Below are positions 10,001 through 16,962 of a stretch of 44,044 nt of DNA, piece by piece. The notes under the pieces are model-generated. The model was not told the origin of the DNA. It did no database searches and worked only from the letters and a program-made list of their open reading frames with translations. The position numbers and the translations under genes were made by a program. Within the stretch, counting starts at the first letter, position 1; each line of letters starts with the position of its first letter. This DNA is from Myxococcota bacterium (GTDB lineage: Bacteria > Myxococcota_C > UBA6777), in the NCBI GenBank assembly GCA_023150835.1, contig JAKLKB010000067.1:1-44044 (forward strand), in the 5' to 3' direction.

Positions 10001-10244
10001 CGCAATTTTGCGCCATCATCCCCAAACCACCGACGCCCTCTCTTCATGGCTTGGGCTCTCCGCTTCGTGGCCCACAGAACCCACACATACGCCATCCGCT
10101 CTTGTCAGCGCAAAGCCCCATGCCAACGCCATCACCGAATATCTAGAACCCGAAGCCGCCGCTGCTGCCGCCCTCCTTCACCACCACCCCCAAACCCTCA
10201 CCGCCCTCGTCAAACATCTCATACCCAATCCGCAGAGTGTATGA
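7077..10244 (+). CDS. DUF5682 / YehM-like large protein
   Basis: 1055 aa with AHHSPAAA, IFVELCED, RERYM and LFICGAAH. Directly follows the MoxR ATPase. Confidence 0.85.
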   Translation: MPQPQKSRTIAQDRFAPLRGQLLAAVQAFSQGTHAIDKMLAAIVDDMERATNEPVEIFPVAHHSPAAAIQILRRLQDGPTPKVIFVELCEDLQPVLPGLADCQLPIALQSFATETAGFPPDWSPLTVVAPLTEFSAEFQAIAYALSHPEQTQLVFVDRSVDHIFQWLPQQEGALAEALGHSEDEESISEEADENLHGTAYGVQMGRMEPTFEGFQEVLLSNARVRHFSEWWDQYVESSIVGADYQTYREVMCLVGSLIRRLGQSKERLENDRKRERYMWTRIKEHLAQHKLQPEETLFICGAAHTASDVDSFGTQTPHRDPIPPRTQTKWLYGIIPSSFRSIEQQFGMPDGAISIAESAWKRSQEALGLRSLAIKDIKDTSQAKPAPKKTPKKTTHPIDPTNDDDASSSPIASISSVPDVLGFLQRPPQLLEQDEEQLLRWCVEIVSMARENGYLASTADAIAIYQTAILLGRMRNRHHPSPYDFQDAAITCLEKDRTPKKRNVQRLCEILLGGDRSGHVGYSSLPPLAQDVYDRLSALPVTLKGKTIQRALMDFRQNPEYSACSDLLWRLHYLLGKNNSLVRPIMGERNLGQRALQESWDISIGKYQAPLIQLAYEGVSIEQVLERRLLQYAFSSKARTVQALEATEDSLLYLEARRLTQRLGEHANDLLVQELAADAAQDIFERVRRLVHYYRSTPEGLPPWLQHFVATGYSHFSTMLPEAFSDRGTSPQQISGMLAFIFTLESLALSMGCERSQLMIAIKQSASLTQDPEKLGILWAAEWLLSVRDIEEIRSFFDHLLENPLTLAAFPRYLDGFLLALTFTPLVSRLIVELLSKAFERLPDQVLMPWLPSLLMGLRSHSNTLLPSILQEVAQIYPKTSKELDAWIAPWYRERRKRKTTIPTPLVQEIRPALPTLSNEERSIFQIMADHPQTTDALAHLFGVATTWRSPETTETPASSTATAAFHDQREADIHAILRHHPQTTDALSSWLGLSASWPTEPTHTPSALVSAKPHANAITEYLEPEAAAAAALLHHHPQTLTALVKHLIPNPQSV

Positions 10245-10321
10245 TCGTGAAAGTGTAGGGGCAGCCCCCCGTGGCTGCCCAAAAACAGGACGTCTACAGA
10301 GGATCGCACCTCCCCGTTGAT
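10222..10321. mobile_element. Partial MITE-A with REP hairpin, flanked by a 25-bp direct repeat
   Basis: TACCCAATCCG...GTAGGGGCAGCCCCCCGTGGCTGCCC. CTCACCGCCCTCGTCAAACATCTCA occurs at 10197-10221 and 10322-10346. Confidence 0.75.
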
Positions 10322-10367
10322 CTCACCGCCCTCGTCAAACATCTCACCCGCTAGGCCATGACTCCTA

Positions 10368-11327
10368 CTAGGCCATCACTTTTTTCGCGAACTGTTCGAG
10401 CTTTCGAGCATCCGCATTAAACCGACGGATCCCGTCCGAAAGTTTGTCCACAGCCATCGGATCTTCGTTGTGCATCCAACGGTAGGTCTTTTCGTCGAGG
10501 TGGATCTTTGCGAGGTCTTGTGCCTTGGCGCTTTCGACGCTCAAGCACTGTTCAACAGGTTCTTGGCTGCGTTTGAGTTCTTCGAGCAGATCAGGGCTAA
10601 TCGTCAAGAGATCGCAGCCTGCAAGCCGCACAACTTGTCCTGCTTTGCGAAAGCTTGCGCCCATCACTTGTGTTTTGTAATCGAATTTCTTGTAGTAGTG
10701 ATAGATCCGCGTTACCGAGGCCACCCCGGGATCTTGATCGAGCGGGATATCGGCCCCTTTCGCTTGTTTGTAATAGTCGTAGATCCGCCCCACAAACGGC
10801 GAGATCAGCGTCACCCCTGCCTCAGCGCACGCCACCGCTTGCGCAAAGCTAAACAGCAAGGTCAGGTTGCAGTGGATGCCTTCTTTTTCAAGACGTTCTG
10901 CGGCGCGGATCCCTTCCCATGTGCTTGCGATCTTGATCAAGATGCGTTCACGCGGAACACCCACTTCTTCGTAAAGCTCGATCAGTCGGTGTGCTTTCGC
11001 CACCGTCCCTTCTTGATCAAAACTCAAACTGGCGTCCACTTCCGTGGAAACACGCCCCGGGATAATCTCCAAGATCCGCTTGCCAAAGTTCACAAACAGC
11101 CGATCCATCAACAAATCCGTTTGCTGGCTGGTCTCGGTTGCGTGCTTTTGCGCGTAGCGATGAGCATCTTCAAGCAGATCTTTGTACTCGGGCTGTTGTG
11201 CGGCCTTAAACAACAGCGAAGGATTGGTCGTTGCATCTTGTGGCGTATACTGCGCAATCGCCGCGATATCGCCTGTGTCTGCAACAACGGTGGTCAGCTT
11301 TTTGATCGCATCAAGTTGGTTGCTCAT
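10368..11327 (-). CDS. tal: Transaldolase
   Basis: Motifs [47 protein letters not shown] at 11327 follows AAGGAG. The longer ORF-track extension runs through repeats. Confidence 0.97.
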   Translation of the reverse strand: MSNQLDAIKKLTTVVADTGDIAAIAQYTPQDATTNPSLLFKAAQQPEYKDLLEDAHRYAQKHATETSQQTDLLMDRLFVNFGKRILEIIPGRVSTEVDASLSFDQEGTVAKAHRLIELYEEVGVPRERILIKIASTWEGIRAAERLEKEGIHCNLTLLFSFAQAVACAEAGVTLISPFVGRIYDYYKQAKGADIPLDQDPGVASVTRIYHYYKKFDYKTQVMGASFRKAGQVVRLAGCDLLTISPDLLEELKRSQEPVEQCLSVESAKAQDLAKIHLDEKTYRWMHNEDPMAVDKLSDGIRRFNADARKLEQFAKKVMA

Positions 11328-11499
11328 CGGAATCTCCTTGTATCGACGAAGTGAACGGACAGCGCCCCAAAGATACGCAACCCCCCCAAAGATGCAAGAG
11401 GGCCAAAGCCACAACCCAAAAAAACCCATCAAATCCGTCTGTTGTGTACGTAAAAACGTAGGGGCTGCCCTCATCGGCGTTAGGTTAAGCGCTTGTTGG

Positions 11500-11750
11500 C
11501 CCCCCACCCCAAGCCCTCCCCCCTTACAGGGGTACAAAACGCGAAATAGGCAGAGGATGCGCGTTCGATCAACCCCTCCTGCCCCCCTGCCCCCCTCTCT
11601 GGCTCTTTGTTGCCGTTTTGCTCTCTGTCGTCGCAGGGAAGTGGCGGCGACGCGGCGAGGTGAAGTCTGCATCGTCCTAGAGCATCCGCCTTCTTCTCCC
11701 CCTCGCCTCCGCAGCACAGCAGGGAGAGGGGGCTGGGGGGTGAGGGGGAG
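11500..11750. repeat. C-rich/G-rich palindromic intergenic repeats
   Basis: CCCCCACCCCAAGCCCTCCCCCCTTACAGGGG, CCCCTCCTGCCCCCCTGCCCCCCTCTCT and CTCCCCCTCG...GGGAGAGGGGGCTGGGGGGTGAGGGG. A short REP remnant GTAGGGGCTGCCC lies at about 11458. Confidence 0.55.
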
Positions 11751-11831
11751 ACGACACCTGCCCCTGTCAGATACCCCCGCCCTTTGGGCTTTAATCGCCC
11801 CAACGAAAAAACCTCTCGCCACAAAGCAGGC

Positions 11832-12314
11832 TCACCGCACCCCAAAAAAGGCCAAGATCTCCGACGCATCACCACACAGCTTTTCGACAACAAGTTCTGG
11901 TGAGATAATGCCCGTCCTTTCGGCGATATCCAAAACGGCGATCGGTACATTTTTGAACTGGATCCCCGCTCCTCCGCCCCCTTGTTTGAGCGAGGCCCCC
12001 TGTTTGAGATCGAGCGCATAGACTTTGCGTTGTTCGGGGTCAGGATCGGACATATCGACGATCACAAAGTCCCCACAAAAACGCTGTTGGTGTGTACGAA
12101 ACAGCCACAGATTGCTTTTGCGCTCCAACAAGATCCGCGCAAATCGCTTTTCATCGTTGCAAAAATCAAAAAACACCGCATGGCTCAGCACAGCCGTCCG
12201 TGTGCTGTTGCAGCTTTTCGCCAAAAGATACGCGACAGGAGAGGAATACTTCAACCAATGCGGGGGGATACGAAGGATCGAGGGAACGCTTGAAGAGTGG
12301 GATGGGTAAGACAC
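11832..12314 (-). CDS. Hypothetical protein (160 aa), possibly PD-(D/E)xK-like
   Basis: GTG start after GGAGG. Contains CGDFVIVD..VYALDLKQG. Confidence 0.65.
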   Translation of the reverse strand: MSYPSHSSSVPSILRIPPHWLKYSSPVAYLLAKSCNSTRTAVLSHAVFFDFCNDEKRFARILLERKSNLWLFRTHQQRFCGDFVIVDMSDPDPEQRKVYALDLKQGASLKQGGGGAGIQFKNVPIAVLDIAERTGIISPELVVEKLCGDASEILAFFGVR

Positions 12315-12588
12315 AGGACCTCCAAAAAAGTCAAGGCGTGTTCGGGACTCGCTTGCGCGAGTGCGAGACTGCGGAGATGAACTTTTTCAGAGGCGGAACT
12401 GCATCGGCGGGATCGCTCTTTCTGGCACAAAAGGCCATCATTTCGGGGCCATCAAACCCAACGCCACTTCAAAGAAAGCAGCACGAGCCTCCCACAACGA
12501 AAGACAAGGCGAAGGGTTCACAAACGCAAAGAGATCGCTCCAACAATATTTCCCCCCTCCAAAAGCCATCGGAATTTCGCAGCTACCA

Positions 12589-12706
12589 ATAGGACTTACG
12601 CAGTTGGATACGAAAAAGGCCCATGTTCGGGCGCGGGCGGTTCGCGAACCGCCCCTACAATGTGCTGACATCTCAGGGGTTTCCTTTTCAACGGCGTAAC
12701 TCCTAT
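12589..12706. mobile_element. MITE-B family element (118 bp) with 18-bp TIRs, carrying a second GTAG-REP type
   Basis: Ends ATAGGACTTACGCAGTTG and CAACGGCGTAACTCCTAT are 16/18 inverted. Internal perfect palindrome GGGCGGTTCGCGAACCGCCC followed by CTAC (12635-12658). Confidence 0.8.
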
Positions 12707-12861
12707 ACCAAAAGAAGCCGTGTTCGGACTCCACAAGCGACAGAGCCATTGTTTTGGAAAACCTGTGATCTTTTCGCCTGTACAGGGTCAAGGGAGCGTG
12801 GCTCCCTTGCGGGGCGTGGGGTTCCAACCCCAGATAATCAAGTCCAACCGCGTCACTCCAA
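12707..12861 (-). mobile_element. MITE-B family element, long double-hairpin variant, inverted
   Basis: Reverse complement reads TTGGAGTGACGCGGTTGGA...GGGGTTGGAACCCCACGCCCCGCAAGGGAG...CCCTTGACCC...GAACACGGC. Matches copies at ~15006, ~23563 and ~24550. Confidence 0.75.
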
Positions 12862-12995
12862 AAGCCATCCCAACCACCACAAAACAAAGCGATGCCACAC
12901 TTGACTTTTCGGCCTTGAGCGGACTAGGCTGCGCGTTTGCGGTCGTGAAAAGAACGGATCGCCTTTGCGCTTGTTTTGAAAAAGGAAAAATACGC

Positions 12996-14876
12996 ATGTT
13001 TCGATTGCAACGTATGGCATGGTGTGGGTTTTTTGGGCTGTGGATGGGAGCGATGCTGTGGGCTTGTACACAAGACGTTCCCTGCAAAGCGGACTCTGAG
13101 TGCGCACAAAATCAATACTGCGACACCAGCCGCTCGAAATGCCGCCCCAACTGTAGCGCCGATCCCGACTGTCTCGCTGGCGAAACTTGCAACAAAGAGC
13201 GCAAACGCTGCCAAGGCAGCACGACCGAAAACGTCACACCCGACGGCGGAAATCCCGATGGCATCGGCCCTGATGGCGGAAACCCCGATGGCATCGGCCC
13301 TGATAGTGAAACCCCCGAAGGAACCGAAACGACCACCGAAAATAACCCTACCGAAACGCCCAACCCCGAACAAACCACAGGCGATTCTTCGATCCCGGGA
13401 AAATCGCCCAATTGTCCGGTCGAAACACGCGAATGTTATTCAGGCGCAGCAGGAACCCAAGGCAAGGGCGCTTGCAAAGCAGGAAAACAACGCTGCATCG
13501 ACGGAAATTGGGGTCCATGCGTGGGCGAAGTCGTCCCCAAAACCGAACAATGCAACGGGATCGACGACGATTGCGACGGCCAAGTAGACGGAAACTGCAC
13601 GACGTGGGCGACTTCCTTGGGTGGAAAAGGCGGCGATGAAGGCGCAAATATCGCGGTTAGCCCGTCCGGACAACACATCTATGTCACGGGCTCCTTCGCA
13701 GAAAACGCAACCCTCGGAGCCAAAAACCTCGTATCCAAGGGCGATTCGGATGCTTACCTTGCGCGTCTGGATAGCAAAGGCCAAGTGATGTGGGCCACCG
13801 CGTTAGGCGGAAGCGGAGAAGATCGCGGAAAGGCTGTAGCCACCGACGAAACGGGGAATCTCTACGCAACGGGACTTTTTGAAGGAAGCATCAATGTGGG
13901 GGCCGTCACGCTCAATTCCAAGGGCGGCAAAAATATCTACGTCGTAAAAATGGACGACACAGGCCGCGTACTTTGGGCGGCCACCGCAGGCAGCGCGACG
14001 GGTAGCGTCGAACCGCACGCCATCTTTGGCGACAAAGCAGGAAACGTCTACATCGCAGGTTCTTTCGGAGAGACCGCCAGTTTCGGCAGTGTGACGCTCA
14101 CCGCCAAAGGATATCTGGATGTATTTGTCGCAAAGCTCGATCCTTCGGGTCAATTTGTGTGGGCGACTTCTGCGGGTGGAACGGATAGCGAAGAAGCCTT
14201 GGGCGTCGCCGCAGACGAAACGGGCAACGTGTACATCACAGGCTACTTCCAAGGCAACGCATCCTTCGGCTCATCTGCGCTGTCTTCGGTCGGTACAACC
14301 AACGCATTCGTGTCCAAGCTCAACAACGCAGGGCAGTTCCAATGGACCACCACCAGCTCGCAAAGCTGGTACGCTGCAGGTCGCGGCGTCCAACTCGACA
14401 AAAGTGGAAACGTCTACGCTACGGGCTACTTTGAACAACAAGCCGCCTTTGGACTCAACGCCATCCGCTCCGATTATGGAACGGATACCTTCGTCGCCAA
14501 GATCAGCCCCACAGGCACCTTCATGTGGTCCAATTCGACCAGCGGCTACGCAAATAACCCGGGAAAGGGCCTTGGCATCGACAGCACAGGAAACTTGTAT
14601 ATCACGGGTTCTTTCGGCGGGCCGTTGACCTTGGGCAGCACCAAGCTCAATTCCCAAACACAAGATATCTACATCGCCAAGATCGGCACCGATGGAAAGT
14701 TTATCTCCGGCAAAGCCTTGTCTGGACGCGAAGTCAAGTCCAGCGACCACATCGCCACAGACACCAACGGCTCGGTTTACATCATCGGCACCTATCGCGG
14801 CAGCATGAGCGCGAACAGCACCACCCTCACCTCCAAAGGCTACACCGACACCTTCGTCGCAAAGATCACCTTCTAA
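12996..14876 (+). CDS. Lipoprotein with Cys-rich N-terminus, CNGIDDDCDG metal-binding motif and SBBP-type beta-propeller repeats
   Basis: Signal peptide ending LWAC; Cys-rich repeats; PDGGNPDGIG x2 linker; repeated GNxYxTGxF...DxFVAKLD..G...W units. ATG at 12996 follows AAAGGAA. Confidence 0.88.
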   Translation: MFRLQRMAWCGFFGLWMGAMLWACTQDVPCKADSECAQNQYCDTSRSKCRPNCSADPDCLAGETCNKERKRCQGSTTENVTPDGGNPDGIGPDGGNPDGIGPDSETPEGTETTTENNPTETPNPEQTTGDSSIPGKSPNCPVETRECYSGAAGTQGKGACKAGKQRCIDGNWGPCVGEVVPKTEQCNGIDDDCDGQVDGNCTTWATSLGGKGGDEGANIAVSPSGQHIYVTGSFAENATLGAKNLVSKGDSDAYLARLDSKGQVMWATALGGSGEDRGKAVATDETGNLYATGLFEGSINVGAVTLNSKGGKNIYVVKMDDTGRVLWAATAGSATGSVEPHAIFGDKAGNVYIAGSFGETASFGSVTLTAKGYLDVFVAKLDPSGQFVWATSAGGTDSEEALGVAADETGNVYITGYFQGNASFGSSALSSVGTTNAFVSKLNNAGQFQWTTTSSQSWYAAGRGVQLDKSGNVYATGYFEQQAAFGLNAIRSDYGTDTFVAKISPTGTFMWSNSTSGYANNPGKGLGIDSTGNLYITGSFGGPLTLGSTKLNSQTQDIYIAKIGTDGKFISGKALSGREVKSSDHIATDTNGSVYIIGTYRGSMSANSTTLTSKGYTDTFVAKITF

Positions 14877-14891
14877 ATTTCCTAGAACTTA

Positions 14892-15002
14892 TACGAGATC
14901 CGCCCGTTGTGTGATCGTAAAGATGTAGGGGTAGCCCCCCGTGGCTGCCCGATCATAGGGCATCTACATACTCTCGTTTGTGTGCATCACTCGGATATCG
15001 TA
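14892..15002. mobile_element. MITE-A copy (111 bp) inserted in the left TIR of a MITE-B
   Basis: TAGAAC-TTA-[TACGAGATCCG...GTAGGGGTAGCCCCCCGTGGCTGCCC...CGGATATCGTA]-TGA-CGCATTTGGA. Confidence 0.85.
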
Positions 15003-15005
15003 TGA

Positions 15006-15150
15006 CGCATTTGGATGGTTTTTGTGGGGCGCGGCCCCACGCCCCGCAAGGGACGATCGCCCCTTGACCCCGTATCGGCGAAGAGATCGTCGTTTTCCAA
15101 ACAGACGGCTCTCTCGCTTGAATTGCCGCAAACTCGGGGGTTTTTGCCAA
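15006..15150 (+). mobile_element. MITE-B family element, long variant; right end degenerate
   Basis: GTGGGGCGCGGCCCCACGCCCCGCAAGGGACGATCGCCCCTTGACCCCGTAT...TTCCAAAC...CTCTCGCTTGAA, homologous to 23580-23705. Confidence 0.75.
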
Positions 15151-15200
15151 CCATGCAAATTCTCTCTGACCGTACGGGATCCTGCTCTCTCGCATCACTC

Positions 15201-15278
15201 CCACCACCCGCCTGTTTCACGTCGCCCCACCGCCCGCCTGTTTCACATCGCCCCACCACCCGCCTGTTTTACATCGCC
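15201..15278. repeat. 26-bp tandem repeat x3 (intergenic VNTR)
   Basis: CCACC(A/G)CCCGCCTGTTT(C/T)AC(G/A)TCGCC at 15201, 15227 and 15253. Confidence 0.9.
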
Positions 15279-15306
15279 CTTTTGACTTCGAGTGGACGGA
15301 CTTTTC

Positions 15307-16845
15307 TTATTTTTTGTGATATTCGACCGTCAATGTGAACTCGCTCGAATCTACGGCACTTTGAACACCGACAAAGAACGATCCCGGCCCTGCGACGGTG
15401 CAGGCTTCAAAGGAGCCTTCTTCGTAGGGGCTGCAAGCGAAATTGCCTGAGGTGATCTGTTCTTTGGGCTGATCTTTCCAAACATACAAATCAACATCGC
15501 CCGAACCTTCGATCTTGGCTTTCAGGTCCCCGCCAGAGACGGCGTAGGGGCCAAAGATCTTCCATTCGTTTTGGCGCAGCGTACCACGTTGGACATCCGA
15601 AACCATTGCGCCCTTGCCATCGGGGTTTGTGGTGGTTTTGGCGGGGATCTGCATGGTCGTGCAATGCACTGAACCGCCCCAAGGGATGATATCTTGTCCA
15701 CCTGCAACGCCCACGACGTTGTATCCGGGCATTTGATCACGATAGACCTTCAAAGCAGCGTCGTCTGTGGACAAACCATACAGCGGAACTAAAACGGTTT
15801 TGTTGACGATGGTGGAGTTGGTATAAGCGTAGTAAACGCGCCCGTCATCGGAGTCTTTGAAAAACATCGGGATACGCACGACTTTGAAGGGTTTGCCTTC
15901 GGCGTTGGTGTTGCTGGCGTAATACTTCGCGGCATCTTCTAACGAAGCGATCTCTTGGCTCGAAGCGCCCCATCCTGCGTTGGATTGGGCGACGATGATC
16001 ACTTCTTCGTTGAGGATCTTGGAGAACATATCGAGGTGAGTCGTGCCTTCTTGATAGAGCGGCTTGGGCGTGTAGGTCTTTTTGCAACCGAGATAACGCG
16101 CATACAACGTGGACAACTGCTCTGGCGAAAGGTTATTGAAATCAAAGATACCTGTGCTGGTCCAACAGGTGCCTTTTCCATCGCTCATAAAGTTTCCGCC
16201 TTCGGTGTAAAGGTGGGCTTTGTAGACGTCATCGCCCCACAAGGGGCCTAATTTGGCGGAGATAGCATCATCGAAGGTGCGGGTGGGGTAGTACTTGGTG
16301 TCCACGATCGCACGTTTTCCATCGACATAAACATGCCAAGGGCCGTAGTCACGGGACCAAAAGGCGTCGATGCTATTTTGGATCCATCGGACTTGGTTGG
16401 TGGCGATGCCTTTGGGGGTAAGGGTGTACTGGGTGATCTCTTCTTTGTCGGTGTCGTTGGCGTACACCAGATAAGGGATCGCACCTGCTTGGAGGATGCC
16501 TTTGATCATGTTGCCAAAGAATTCGTCCATCGTGTCGTCGTTGGCTGCGCGAACCAAGACGCCTTCCATCGGTTCGAACTCTGCGGGGACACGGACATTT
16601 CCTGTGGGAGCCGACGAATACATCGACAACAACACGGGCTCGCTTTGGATGATCTCTTTGGCTTTGCGGCGTTCCGCAGCGGTCATGGCCTTGGGCAACA
16701 GTCGCTTTCCTCGCAACGAATCTGGCGCAGCTGTGGGCGTTGTGACACGAAGGGTATCCCCTTCTCCAAGAGGCCACGTATCGCTGTCAAGGCGGCAGCC
16801 GACCGCGAACAAAGGCAAGAGGCACAAGAAAAGAATACGCTTCAT
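15307..16845 (-). CDS. Agmatine deiminase / peptidylarginine deiminase family lipoprotein with C-terminal PPC-like domain
   Basis: Motifs RVPAEFEP, WSRDYGP, EGGNFMSDGKG, THLDM, YTNS, GGSVHCTTMQIP. Lipobox FAVGC. C-terminal GSGDVDLYV..ACSPY..EAC. Confidence 0.9.
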   Translation of the reverse strand: MKRILFLCLLPLFAVGCRLDSDTWPLGEGDTLRVTTPTAAPDSLRGKRLLPKAMTAAERRKAKEIIQSEPVLLSMYSSAPTGNVRVPAEFEPMEGVLVRAANDDTMDEFFGNMIKGILQAGAIPYLVYANDTDKEEITQYTLTPKGIATNQVRWIQNSIDAFWSRDYGPWHVYVDGKRAIVDTKYYPTRTFDDAISAKLGPLWGDDVYKAHLYTEGGNFMSDGKGTCWTSTGIFDFNNLSPEQLSTLYARYLGCKKTYTPKPLYQEGTTHLDMFSKILNEEVIIVAQSNAGWGASSQEIASLEDAAKYYASNTNAEGKPFKVVRIPMFFKDSDDGRVYYAYTNSTIVNKTVLVPLYGLSTDDAALKVYRDQMPGYNVVGVAGGQDIIPWGGSVHCTTMQIPAKTTTNPDGKGAMVSDVQRGTLRQNEWKIFGPYAVSGGDLKAKIEGSGDVDLYVWKDQPKEQITSGNFACSPYEEGSFEACTVAGPGSFFVGVQSAVDSSEFTLTVEYHKK

Positions 16846-16962
16846 GAAAAACTCCTTCACCAAGAGAACAAACCCCTTTGGGTACGTTTGGGCATATGCG
16901 TTTTTTTTCCCCACGTCAACGGACTTCTGCTCTAGAGGCGGATAATTGGGAGATATCTTTTT

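Noticed and set aside
11328-11822. 165-aa N-terminal extension of transaldolase in the ORF track
   Set aside because: It runs through palindromic intergenic repeats. Transaldolase homology and a good RBS begin at ATG 11327.
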